A stretch of DNA of 64,000 nucleotides, from positions 130,432 to 194,431 of IMG/VR virus record IMGVR_UViG_3300044878_000087; one strand, 5' to 3'. The first letter of the stretch is position 1. Every line of letters begins with the position of its first letter. The translations under genes were made by a program, and so were the position numbers. Shown one piece after another: positions 35,602 through 44,211 of the stretch. The notes beneath the pieces were generated by a model. The model did no database searches, had not been told where the DNA came from, and saw only the letters and a list, made by a program, of their open reading frames with translations. Source of the DNA: a virus (lineage: Duplodnaviria > Heunggongvirae > Uroviricota > Caudoviricetes).

Positions 35602-35927
35602 TACAAATCACCTTTGCGTACAGTGATAGACATACGTGTTTCACCAGGCTCGAAACTGCTGTATGGGTTAAAGTGCACTTGATCGAAACTTTTCTCAACC
35701 AAGGCATCTCGAACTGCGTGCTGCAGAATTTCCGGCACTTCCATCTTCAGTTCCATGAACCACTGCCAATGGGTACCTTTATCAACGGCCTTAGCCATGA
35801 TGTTATCAGAAGGGAACTCATCAACAACTTGTTCGAGGATCGATGTTACTTGTGCTTCAAGCCCTTTCTTCACAAGTTCATCCTTGTGAGGAATCCGACT
35901 CAATGCTACTTCCAGCTTGTTGCTCAT
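35601..35927 (-). CDS. hypothetical protein (108 aa)
   Basis: ORF. Confidence 0.45.
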   Translation of the reverse strand: MSNKLEVALSRIPHKDELVKKGLEAQVTSILEQVVDEFPSDNIMAKAVDKGTHWQWFMELKMEVPEILQHAVRDALVEKSFDQVHFNPYSSFEPGETRMSITVRKGDL

Positions 35928-36396
35928 TACCCACCTTCATGTATTTCAGCTTCTCGATGAACTGCCCATCGAATTGATTCGTCTCAACCGCATCTTTAAT
36001 GCATACCAGATCCGGTTCCATGTCTTGCCACACTAACGCGCTACGTAAAACCAATGCCGCCATAATCGGAGAACTGTCATTAGACAACTCTCCAAGTATG
36101 TGAAAATTCTGTTTCGGTGTTAGCGCTTCCAACCAGCCTCTGCTAACTGACTCGCTGAAAGATTGCCCTTGGTACCCAGTCGTGCTACTAACTGAGGTGG
36201 GGGCGCAAACGAAAGTACTCGACGATTTGCCGCATGTTGAGTCTGTTCTTCCGTCAGTTGTTGCGAATGCTGATACATGTAGCGTCTCTCCGTTACGTCC
36301 TATTATTTCAAGTGTGGGATGCAAATAGAGTCGGAACGTATGATCGTGATCAAGGCGCCATTCCCCATGGGCAATAGCTAATTTTGCAAAAGCCAT
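35878..36396 (-). CDS. hypothetical protein (172 aa)
   Basis: RBS AGGAG; first gene after the promoter at 36427. Confidence 0.5.
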   Translation of the reverse strand: MAFAKLAIAHGEWRLDHDHTFRLYLHPTLEIIGRNGETLHVSAFATTDGRTDSTCGKSSSTFVCAPTSVSSTTGYQGQSFSESVSRGWLEALTPKQNFHILGELSNDSSPIMAALVLRSALVWQDMEPDLVCIKDAVETNQFDGQFIEKLKYMKVGNEQQAGSSIESDSSQG

Positions 36397-36426
36397 TGCT
36401 TTGCTCCTATAACAGATGCAATCAAG

Positions 36427-36445
36427 TAATATAGATCTGAGATTT
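36427..36445 (-). promoter_or_regulatory. minus-strand promoter-like motif AATCTCAGATCTATATTAC
   Basis: identical 19-mer to the 12417 copy; lies between terminator 36477 and the ATG at 36396. Confidence 0.45.
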
Positions 36446-36476
36446 TTTGCAGTAGAAAAAAAAAGAGGGGCAGAAT

Positions 36477-36494
36477 GCCTCCCCGAAGGGAGGC
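36477..36494 (-). terminator. hairpin GCCTCCC-UUCG-GGGAGGC followed by a T9 run
   Basis: 7 nt after the stop of the 36502 gene; GC stem plus U tract. Confidence 0.5.
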
Positions 36495-36501
36495 AGACTA
36501 C

Positions 36502-36720
36502 TTACTGGAGAGAGGCCCGATGCGCGAGCGTCTTCTTCAGATCCTCTCGACAGGCCACGTCGAAGCTAAAGATATACCACTCCGCCGAACAGACCACCAC
36601 TGTATCACCGATGATGTGTTCTTCACGCGTCATGACTGGAATTATCGCCCCACACAGCATCCAGATGATCAGACCTTTGAACAGCCACTCACCAACAAAC
36701 TCTAAAGTTTTGCTCCACAT
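36502..36720 (-). CDS. small membrane protein (72 aa)
   Basis: hydrophobic ORF. Confidence 0.4.
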   Translation of the reverse strand: MWSKTLEFVGEWLFKGLIIWMLCGAIIPVMTREEHIIGDTVVVCSAEWYIFSFDVACREDLKKTLAHRASLQ

Positions 36721-37160
36721 TACGAATCGAATCCTTTTGTCGTGAGTTCTTTAGGTACTTTGTAAATCGTACCTTTAGCTTCATTAGCTGCACAGAGCTG
36801 TTTCATACGAATCCCAACGAGTTCCACTTTGGTGTACTTAGGCAATGCCTTAGCCATCTTAGCGATTTCATCAGACTCGTACTGTTTGCGGATAAAGGCC
36901 GTAGCTTCACGAACCATAGACCACGCCACATACAGTTCTTTGTTATTGAAGCTTTCAGCGATCTCATGATCTGCCCATGCATTGACTGAATCATCAGTAT
37001 GTCCGAGTGAGATCTTCACCAGAGATACATCAGATGCAGTCTCGACATAGTTGCAGATTTGTGGTGTAATGCGGACACTATCAAAGTCTTCCGCTTTAGC
37101 ACCACAAGAAGCCACCATTACCAGGGACAAGCACAATGCAACCCAATGAGCAAGCTTCAT
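36720..37160 (-). CDS. putative lipoprotein (146 aa; ...VMVASCGAKAE)
   Basis: signal peptide with a Cys lipobox. Confidence 0.55.
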   Translation of the reverse strand: MKLAHWVALCLSLVMVASCGAKAEDFDSVRITPQICNYVETASDVSLVKISLGHTDDSVNAWADHEIAESFNNKELYVAWSMVREATAFIRKQYESDEIAKMAKALPKYTKVELVGIRMKQLCAANEAKGTIYKVPKELTTKGFDS

Positions 37161-37624
37161 TCTACAATCCCATCAATCTTGAGTGGTTCGACTTTCGGTT
37201 CGTCTGGCATCACGCGGTTTTCCAGGTTGTAGCAAACCATCTGCACATCGAAGTGCTTAGCCTGTAGCTCAGCGTGTTTCAGTTCGATGTACTTGGCTTT
37301 CTTATCGAAGTCAGCCGGCAATACCGTGAGTTCGATCTGATACTGTTGTTGCATCAGACGGATGGCCAGTTCACGAGGACCACCATACGGATCGATTGGT
37401 TGTTCCTGACCTGAGGTTTCTTTATCGAAACCCAGCATGGCTTCATAGTGACGGCGAGCAATGTCTTCACCACGAGCATTGTCCACGATGATCCACAGAA
37501 CCGCTTTGTCACTACCCATGGCAGGCACAGCAACAGTGCACAGGGATTTGCGGAACAGGTCTTGTGCAGCGACGTAACGATCACCGAAGACATCGCGCAG
37601 TTGACGAATCAGAGTCATATCCAT
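37157..37624 (-). CDS. hypothetical protein (155 aa)
   Basis: ORF, coupled. Confidence 0.5.
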   Translation of the reverse strand: MDMTLIRQLRDVFGDRYVAAQDLFRKSLCTVAVPAMGSDKAVLWIIVDNARGEDIARRHYEAMLGFDKETSGQEQPIDPYGGPRELAIRLMQQQYQIELTVLPADFDKKAKYIELKHAELQAKHFDVQMVCYNLENRVMPDEPKVEPLKIDGIVE

Positions 37625-37629
37625 AGTTT

Positions 37630-38049
37630 TTACTCGAAGGTAGCGTATTGTTTTCCGTCTGCTTCAACGCAGTCAGAGATTTGTTTTTGCCGTATGGTGG
37701 ATTCTTTAAACGACTTGCTTAGAGCAACTCGAATCGCACCAACGTTTAGCTTTACGATCATCACACCCACATAAGCCTGTGGTTGCTTTTTCGGATCTGG
37801 TGTTTCTTTATCGAGGTACGACATGATCTCGAGGTTTTGCCGCCCCTCTTGAATCATGTGGATTGTTTCAGCAACGTACCGGTCAGCCGTGGTACAACTG
37901 GTTGTGCCCAAGCTAACATTGATAGTCGGCTCAGGCAGAGCCATAACGGGATGACATGACATCATCCCGAATGCGAATACAGAACTAAGCAACAGTTTTA
38001 AGAATCGCATGGATCTCTCCAGAAGTGATTCATCGGATCGTGCAGCCAT
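37630..38049 (-). CDS. secreted hypothetical protein (139 aa)
   Basis: N-terminal signal peptide. Confidence 0.5.
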   Translation of the reverse strand: MAARSDESLLERSMRFLKLLLSSVFAFGMMSCHPVMALPEPTINVSLGTTSCTTADRYVAETIHMIQEGRQNLEIMSYLDKETPDPKKQPQAYVGVMIVKLNVGAIRVALSKSFKESTIRQKQISDCVEADGKQYATFE

Positions 38050-38435
38050 ACCTGCTGACCATCAACATCAAGCAGATAAATGTCGGGGATTTTATCCAGT
38101 GGGATATCCAAGAGGTTTGCAATATCCGGCAGATCACCATGCCGAATATCTGTAATTATCGACCATCCTTCCTTATTGTGTTTTATCACACGAGAAAGAA
38201 GTGTTTGTAATCCCTCTGGTTTATTGCCATCCCACAACGTTACGACTTGACCTACCCATTCCTGAGTAGAATACATCATGGGTGGATTAGGTTTCAACAT
38301 CCACTCACTACGCGCTTGTTTCCACAATGCGAGCAATTCATTTTCCATCCGATAGCGGCGACGGATCTGGCCCTGCAAGATGTTAGACAACACCTTTACA
38401 TAACCGACTTCAAGATGCTCCATTGCTTCCCCCAA
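37998..38435 (-). CDS. hypothetical protein (145 aa)
   Basis: ORF. Confidence 0.5.
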   Translation of the reverse strand: MGEAMEHLEVGYVKVLSNILQGQIRRRYRMENELLALWKQARSEWMLKPNPPMMYSTQEWVGQVVTLWDGNKPEGLQTLLSRVIKHNKEGWSIITDIRHGDLPDIANLLDIPLDKIPDIYLLDVDGQQVWLHDPMNHFWRDPCDS

Positions 38436-38679
38436 AATAACCAGTTAATGCAATTGCAATAAATGCTGCCCAGATAAAGACTGACACCGCACAGATCAGT
38501 TTAAAGTATTCAAACTTCTTCCGACCTTGTTCGATGTAGTCACTCCCATGAATGCTTGGTTTGTATCGTGCTGCATGGCGCTTGGTTTCTAAGTACAGAC
38601 TAATCATCCGATACAGAAACCAAACACCAGAAATTCCCAACGGGATAAGAAAAGCTAGTAGGTGGGTTACGGCGGTCAC
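38410..38679 (-). CDS. membrane protein (89 aa)
   Basis: hydrophobic ORF. Confidence 0.45.
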   Translation of the reverse strand: MTAVTHLLAFLIPLGISGVWFLYRMISLYLETKRHAARYKPSIHGSDYIEQGRKKFEYFKLICAVSVFIWAAFIAIALTGYFGGSNGAS

Positions 38680-39161
38680 GCTACCGCACCACGTACAGCT
38701 TGGTTACGCATGTTCTGGAATGCATCTGCTACGTCTTCACTGGCAATAGCCGAAAAGCCAGTACCACCGAGGGACATCTCACGCTTCTCACCCAACACGG
38801 TGTATTCCGTGGAGAGTTGGATCAAAGCCATCGCCAGTTCATTGGCAATCCACAGATAGTTCTTTGGCCAAGGTTTCTGGGTTTTGGTTTCCACACGAGT
38901 TTCACCAACGTCACCACGCCGAGTGATGTGGTGAACTTCCTCCCACTTACCAGTCAGAGGTTTCTCAATACGCAGTATCAATACCTCTGCGTTACCTTCA
39001 CGCACTTTGCCCACGATCAAATTCGTTTGTGGGTTCAGTTGGAACAGCTTGGACTTAGTGTCCTTATTGAAAATGGCCATGTAACCACTTTCAATGAAAT
39101 CGCGAGTTGCAGCGTCGATCATTGCCATGCCGATACGTTTAGTGCTAGTAGCTGGGTTCAT
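38676..39161 (-). CDS. hypothetical protein (161 aa)
   Basis: ORF. Confidence 0.5.
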   Translation of the reverse strand: MNPATSTKRIGMAMIDAATRDFIESGYMAIFNKDTKSKLFQLNPQTNLIVGKVREGNAEVLILRIEKPLTGKWEEVHHITRRGDVGETRVETKTQKPWPKNYLWIANELAMALIQLSTEYTVLGEKREMSLGGTGFSAIASEDVADAFQNMRNQAVRGAVA

Positions 39162-39172
39162 TATTCTTAGCC

Positions 39173-39622
39173 TTAAATATTGCAGAGAGTTCGTGCAGCG
39201 GTGATTTCTTGAATAGAACGGCGTTGGCCATCCCAGTTATAACCACACATCGTGCTAGTGATAACACCATGTAGGTTCTTAGCGACATCGAGGACAGTGT
39301 AGCCAGCAGATTCAATCTCTACGCCCTGCACCCGATAGTGGTAGTCCATGCGTACTCGCACTTTATACCACTTGTCGGTGTCATGATTACGACGGATAAT
39401 CGAGAAGATATATTCCGGTACATCCCTGTTGAGTTCTTCAGTCTCAACTGTCACACGGTCTACTTTGTCGCCATCATGACGATTGTAGAATGCCATACCG
39501 GACTTAGCAAAATGACTCAAGAGAGTCACATAGCCGTATTCTAGCCAGCGATCGATTAAGCCGATCACCATGCCGTTAGCCAGATCTTTCGATACATCAA
39601 AATCAAATGGTGCCTTATCCAT
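39173..39622 (-). CDS. hypothetical protein (149 aa)
   Basis: ORF. Confidence 0.5.
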   Translation of the reverse strand: MDKAPFDFDVSKDLANGMVIGLIDRWLEYGYVTLLSHFAKSGMAFYNRHDGDKVDRVTVETEELNRDVPEYIFSIIRRNHDTDKWYKVRVRMDYHYRVQGVEIESAGYTVLDVAKNLHGVITSTMCGYNWDGQRRSIQEITAARTLCNI

Positions 39623-40335
39623 TACTTCCCTTCCATTTCCTGAAGTTGCTTCTGGATATCCGCCAGATGATCCTTCGCATAATTTTCGTTATGCTGTTTG
39701 GCCAAGACACGTTTCTCTTCTTGAGCAGGCGACGCAGTAGGATTCACAGGGAAGTTGAATGTCTTCATGTCCATACCGAATGGTTGCGGATAATCCGATT
39801 CCATGCCGAGCGGTTTAGCCAGTTCATCAGCATCCCAATCTTTCATATGAAAGGTTGAGTATTCTGGAATCTCTTTGCGGGCCATCGCAGACGACCACTT
39901 GTCGGTTGGTGCATCATAGCCGAATTGTTGTGCTTTCCGCTTACGGATCAGCGTATCGGTAGGATCAGCCCAGAAGATGTAAGACCAGGTCTCTTGCTCT
40001 TCGTAGATGGTCCGAGCCAGTACTTCGCCTTCACGCATGTTAAGCCATGGCTGGATTTCATGCAAGAAGAATGCGAGTTTTGTTTCATCGTGTTTCCAGC
40101 TACTGTTTACTTTCAGATGCCAGTAACTACCATTGATTGGATCACCATCAACCCAACGCAGCGCACCACCTTTCCAATCTTCGAAGTCACCAGTCGTACC
40201 ACGACCAGTCAGCATCGAGTTCATGTCTTCGATGTTGCCTTCGCCCATGCAATGCTTGGCCAGCCAGGTTGCGATCTGTGGAGGTAGGTTACCACCCAAA
40301 CGCAGATCGATTTGTACACCAGTGTAATGACCCAT
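39622..40335 (-). CDS. hypothetical protein (237 aa)
   Basis: ORF. Confidence 0.55.
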   Translation of the reverse strand: MGHYTGVQIDLRLGGNLPPQIATWLAKHCMGEGNIEDMNSMLTGRGTTGDFEDWKGGALRWVDGDPINGSYWHLKVNSSWKHDETKLAFFLHEIQPWLNMREGEVLARTIYEEQETWSYIFWADPTDTLIRKRKAQQFGYDAPTDKWSSAMARKEIPEYSTFHMKDWDADELAKPLGMESDYPQPFGMDMKTFNFPVNPTASPAQEEKRVLAKQHNENYAKDHLADIQKQLQEMEGK

Positions 40336-40344
40336 CTTGTTTCC

Positions 40345-40713
40345 TTATGCGTAAAGTTTATCGTAAAACTCATCAAGCGTCAATGGCTTTTTACTGATGA
40401 GGTTTTTTATATCGAATCGGCACTGCTTCCGACCACGTTCAATTTCTGACACTTCCACTTCAACAATCACACCACCTTTGGCGTAGATGTCTTCAGGGTT
40501 AATATCGTCCATCCAGTTAATAAGTTGACTGGTGGTAGAGAACCCATAGTGGTCGCGTGTGTCTATAAGTCCCCACAAGCCATCATTATCAGGCGCAGGA
40601 CGATGTGGATAACAACCCATGTCCATACCCAACCGAAAGGCTAGTGAGTCCTTATAGTTACCATAACCATAGAGACCTTCTCCAGTTATGGATTCAATTC
40701 GCAGGACGCGCAT
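40345..40713 (-). CDS. hypothetical protein (122 aa)
   Basis: ORF. Confidence 0.5.
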   Translation of the reverse strand: MRVLRIESITGEGLYGYGNYKDSLAFRLGMDMGCYPHRPAPDNDGLWGLIDTRDHYGFSTTSQLINWMDDINPEDIYAKGGVIVEVEVSEIERGRKQCRFDIKNLISKKPLTLDEFYDKLYA

Positions 40714-40987
40714 CGATCAGCTCCGCTTTATCAGGTTGCATGGCCAGATCCTTTTCGTAACGGATCTCAGCGGTATGTATCTGACGCAGGGCAAACGAGT
40801 TCAAGTTCCAGATGGTACTGAACAAGTTCCACCACAGCATGATAATAACCCACTTAGGCCATTTGCCGTTCTCTTGCTGGATGCTTTGCAGTGCGGCAAT
40901 TGCACCCAATCCGCACAACACCCAAACCAAAGACAACCACGCCTGTGTATAAATACCAAACCACATCTTTTCATTCCTTGTAAACAA
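40694..40987 (-). CDS. membrane protein (97 aa)
   Basis: hydrophobic ORF. Confidence 0.45.
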   Translation of the reverse strand: MFTRNEKMWFGIYTQAWLSLVWVLCGLGAIAALQSIQQENGKWPKWVIIMLWWNLFSTIWNLNSFALRQIHTAEIRYEKDLAMQPDKAELIDARPAN

Positions 40988-41016
40988 GTGAGCCCTCTTT
41001 CGAGGGCCCTTGTTAG

Positions 41017-41223
41017 TTAAGCTGTGTGAAGTCTTTCAATCGCTTCACGTTGGAGTGCTTGGCGTTCCGTATCAGAGAGGCTGAATACCGACAGCGTTTC
41101 TGATACTGCGATCCCTTGCGGCTTGTGGGATTCGCGGCCCTCTGCGATTGCAGCTCGCAGTACATCGGACAGGTAACCAGCGCGAAGCTGGGTGGAGCGG
41201 TGCAGCAGTTCCTCGTACTTCAT
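41017..41223 (-). CDS. small hypothetical protein (68 aa)
   Basis: ORF. Confidence 0.4.
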   Translation of the reverse strand: MKYEELLHRSTQLRAGYLSDVLRAAIAEGRESHKPQGIAVSETLSVFSLSDTERQALQREAIERLHTA

Positions 41224-41320
41224 TTTACTTCCTTACTGTTGGTTTGTGCTTACATTCTACCATAAGCACACCTAGTGTCAACACTTAGTTTGGTAAAACA
41301 TGCATCTTTTTTTTGCAGCT

Positions 41321-41578
41321 CTACAGCGTGATTTGCCTGCAGGTGGATTCACGACGCACTATATCGTTTCCGGTAGTACCATACTTTTCAGTAGATATCT
41401 TCCGCTCACCATCAACGGTGACTGCGCCGATATGGAAGGACGCTTCTAATGCCCGACAAACAGACATCGAACTCGACCCTTCAATAATCGTGGTTTCTTT
41501 TACTGGGACGGGTGGACGAGAATTACTGCCGCTGATCCCGATCATCACAGTCATTAATACTGCTGCAACAGAAGCCAT
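41321..41578 (-). CDS. small secreted protein (85 aa)
   Basis: signal-peptide-like N-terminus. Confidence 0.45.
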   Translation of the reverse strand: MASVAAVLMTVMIGISGSNSRPPVPVKETTIIEGSSSMSVCRALEASFHIGAVTVDGERKISTEKYGTTGNDIVRRESTCRQITL

Positions 41579-41611
41579 AAGTCAAATCCTTTTTGTGGTA
41601 ATATTAAAAAT

Positions 41612-41630
41612 GTAATATAGGCTTAAAAAT
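41612..41630 (-). promoter_or_regulatory. minus-strand promoter-like element CCTATATTAC (tandem TAATAT copies), upstream of the 41578 gene
   Basis: -10-like core shared with the other copies. Confidence 0.4.
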
Positions 41631-41653
41631 GATTTAAATAAAAAACGACATAA

Positions 41654-41673
41654 GGCTTCCCACAGGGGAAGCC
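41654..41673 (-). terminator. hairpin GGCTTCCC-CUGU-GGGAAGCC followed by TTATGTCGTTTTTTATTT
   Basis: perfect 8-bp stem plus a U-run after the stop of the 41680 gene. Confidence 0.5.
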
Positions 41674-41679
41674 AATATG

Positions 41680-41925
41680 TTATTCTGTTCCATCCATCCA
41701 CTTAGTGACTTCAGGACGCCATGTACTGAAACCATTCTTACCTGTCACTGAATCATCTTCAGTATGGTAAACACCAACGTACCATTGGTTGAATGGTTCA
41801 AAGTAATACAAAACCCGCTGTTGATCAGCAGGACGATCTTCGCCATCATAGATAGCTTTTGTACCAATAGGCTCAGCCATGTTTTCCTCAGATGTCGGGA
41901 CGTTCATCGAACAGATCCCAATCAA
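41680..41925 (-). CDS. hypothetical protein (81 aa)
   Basis: ORF. Confidence 0.45.
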   Translation of the reverse strand: MIGICSMNVPTSEENMAEPIGTKAIYDGEDRPADQQRVLYYFEPFNQWYVGVYHTEDDSVTGKNGFSTWRPEVTKWMDGTE

Positions 41926-41946
41926 GTTCGTGCTGCATATAAACTC

Positions 41947-42216
41947 CTAGATGTCTGGACGGACATCCCATTGCGATTCACGTTTCATACCGGATTTCTC
42001 CAATTGGTAGTCGTAGCGGAATTGTTTAGCATCACGTGCCCAACCGCGGCAAGTCTTGCAGCTGCAGTTCATAGACTTGCGTTTACGGAAACCAGACTGC
42101 TTGTTAGCAGACAACCAATTACGGCTGTTGTACAACAAGAAGATTGCGGTCTGATTACGAACTGCGCGATAATCTTCGTAGCGGTTTTGAGCACGTGTTA
42201 CTTTGTTTGCGGACAT
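41947..42216 (-). CDS. hypothetical basic protein (89 aa)
   Basis: ORF. Confidence 0.45.
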   Translation of the reverse strand: MSANKVTRAQNRYEDYRAVRNQTAIFLLYNSRNWLSANKQSGFRKRKSMNCSCKTCRGWARDAKQFRYDYQLEKSGMKRESQWDVRPDI

Positions 42217-42275
42217 TGCGAATTCTCACACTGCGGTGCCCGCCTCGGATTGAGACGGGCTACCGTATGCTTAAA

Positions 42276-42473
42276 TTAGCCATGGATTAGCCCTCTTGCT
42301 ATTTCTGCAGCACTGTATCCCGATGGGGCATCAAGTGCTTTGTGATCACGTAAGAACTGACGCAATTGCTTAGCGCCAGCTAACCCACGTGGGATTCGTA
42401 ATGAAGGACCGGCAACGGCTTTCTTCATACGGTCTAGATCAAAGTTAAATGGTACTTCCGTGGTGGACACCAT
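42276..42473 (-). CDS. small hypothetical protein (65 aa)
   Basis: ORF. Confidence 0.35.
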   Translation of the reverse strand: MVSTTEVPFNFDLDRMKKAVAGPSLRIPRGLAGAKQLRQFLRDHKALDAPSGYSAAEIARGLIHG

Positions 42474-42699
42474 TCGACTCCTTTAACATTGCTGGATTCC
42501 ATGGGAGACGACCTTCCAACATCAGCTCACGTGGGGTGAGTTCTGACACGGGTTTGCGGCCTTCCATCTTACGCCACGTTTTATCCAGTTCATCCATGTG
42601 CTTATCGAGTTCTTTGTGTTTACCGGCCAAAGCCAGTTCATGTCCACCAGTACCCGGTTGCATCAACACACCGCTTTTGTGTCGGATTGGATTAGCCAT
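42445..42699 (-). CDS. hypothetical protein (84 aa)
   Basis: ORF. Confidence 0.4.
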   Translation of the reverse strand: MANPIRHKSGVLMQPGTGGHELALAGKHKELDKHMDELDKTWRKMEGRKPVSELTPRELMLEGRLPWNPAMLKESNGVHHGSTI

Positions 42700-43108
42700 T
42701 CTTCACGATCTCGAAAAGTGATTGCATGTATTCAACAGTTCCGCTATCATAGCCGTCACTGTCATCCCAGATGTAGTAACCAGGTTTGAGCTTCAGTGTA
42801 CCATAGCCAACTGTGACATGTGCTTCGCCATTAGGCCAGAACATGTAGTGCGCGTAAGGTCCAACGAATTGTTGCAAGCCGATCTGGCTGATACCGTCCC
42901 AGCGATAAGCCAAGCGAGCGTCATCAGAGCTCCGCGACTTTATTACAGTGTTCCCCTTCGTCCGGTTCGATTGGAACTTCGACTTGGTTGAGGGTAACAT
43001 CAAAAAGGAGTTTGACTTGTTCACCGATGATCGGTATAGTTTTGCCATCGACGAAAAGAATGAGATCACCGGGATATACCAGGGATTTGTATTGGTTGTT
43101 GTCGCCAT
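42692..43108 (-). CDS. hypothetical protein; the start is unresolved and 185 bp overlap the 42924 gene (possible frameshift or alternative start)
   Basis: the C-terminal half looks protein-like; the N-terminal part overlaps its neighbour. Confidence 0.35.
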   Translation of the reverse strand: MATTTNTNPWYIPVISFFSSMAKLYRSSVNKSNSFLMLPSTKSKFQSNRTKGNTVIKSRSSDDARLAYRWDGISQIGLQQFVGPYAHYMFWPNGEAHVTVGYGTLKLKPGYYIWDDSDGYDSGTVEYMQSLFEIVKNG

Positions 43109-43349
43109 GTGTTATCTCCCAAACTGCGTAATCGACGGATACATCAGCCCTGCGAAGTGTGTGACCAAACAAAGCCAATTGGTCTTCAGGCCAGAGTTCT
43201 AATGCAGTAGTCAAATAGAATGGCTGACCATCCAATTCGTTGTTCCCACAGCATTCAGCTAAACCAGCCTGTAGCCCTTCGTAAACATTACCGGCCTTGT
43301 CTGTAATCTTTGCAACTGTTCTGATTTTACGAATTACTGGCTGATCCAT
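42924..43349 (-). CDS. hypothetical protein (141 aa)
   Basis: ORF. Confidence 0.5.
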   Translation of the reverse strand: MDQPVIRKIRTVAKITDKAGNVYEGLQAGLAECCGNNELDGQPFYLTTALELWPEDQLALFGHTLRRADVSVDYAVWEITHGDNNQYKSLVYPGDLILFVDGKTIPIIGEQVKLLFDVTLNQVEVPIEPDEGEHCNKVAEL

Positions 43350-43636
43350 TACTCGTCTCCTACGATACGATATTCATTTTGTCCTGTCTTAACAACAGAT
43401 ACTTCTTTACCGATCAGACGAGAATAACCACGGTCAACCGGAAAAGAAGTCCCTTTACCATCGGCACTGAATACCACAGCAACACAATCGCCTTCGATCA
43501 TGGCAGCAGGTATACCACGACCAGCACTGAGTTTGCAGGAAGCTCCTTTGAGTACACCTGTCGTAACAAATTCAGCTTGACGCGGGGTACACCCCATCAG
43601 CAATAATGGTAACAAGCATAATGCAAGTCGTTTCAT
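43349..43636 (-). CDS. putative lipoprotein (95 aa; LLMGCTPRQ)
   Basis: signal peptide plus lipobox. Confidence 0.5.
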   Translation of the reverse strand: MKRLALCLLPLLLMGCTPRQAEFVTTGVLKGASCKLSAGRGIPAAMIEGDCVAVVFSADGKGTSFPVDRGYSRLIGKEVSVVKTGQNEYRIVGDE

Positions 43637-43797
43637 TTAATCTGTTCCAGTTGATGACGCTCAACAATAACTTGATTCATTTTGTAATAGGTGCCACATG
43701 CTAGGGCAATACCGATTACAATCCCCAGTATCCATTTCGGCCATGGCGAAGGCTTGATCATCCTCCATTCATTTAGCCAGTAGTTGCTCGTAGGCAT
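43633..43797 (-). CDS. small membrane protein (54 aa, MPTSNYWLNEW...)
   Basis: RBS AAGGAAA; ATGA overlap with the lipoprotein gene. Confidence 0.35.
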   Translation of the reverse strand: MPTSNYWLNEWRMIKPSPWPKWILGIVIGIALACGTYYKMNQVIVERHQLEQIK

Positions 43798-43809
43798 TTC
43801 TTTTCCTTA

Positions 43810-44169
43810 TTAGCCGATGACAGAGGCTATATTGAATGGCTTGGGGTTTGGCTCAACCCGTCGATGGGATTCAAACACGCGGTTTTCCAGATGATCGTAA
43901 ACGTAAGCATGTTCGTAGATACGGCGAGTAAAGAATGATTTCTTTAGTTCCATCGATACTTTGTAGGTATGATGGCTACCTCTTCTGATAGAGGCGACGG
44001 CTTCATTGATGCATGAGAACTTATCAGTTGGTAAAGCTCTCAAGACAGCGATTACGTCATCACTGTACCCGCTGGTGTAAAATTCAGTCACGTTATTTCC
44101 TTCTATGTGCTTTACTTCTAATTGTTGCGGTGCAGAATGAACTTGATTGCCGATCATGTCGTAGATCAT
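43810..44169 (-). CDS. hypothetical protein (119 aa)
   Basis: ORF. Confidence 0.5.
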   Translation of the reverse strand: MIYDMIGNQVHSAPQQLEVKHIEGNNVTEFYTSGYSDDVIAVLRALPTDKFSCINEAVASIRRGSHHTYKVSMELKKSFFTRRIYEHAYVYDHLENRVFESHRRVEPNPKPFNIASVIG

Positions 44170-44188
44170 CTTATCCCCATGGCATAAA

Positions 44189-44204
44189 CGGACCCGAAGG
44201 TCCG
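44189..44204 (-). terminator. hairpin CGGACC-UUCG-GGTCCG followed by TTTATGCCATGGGG
   Basis: 8 nt after the stop of the RNA ligase gene. Confidence 0.45.
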
Positions 44205-44211
44205 CGTATGG

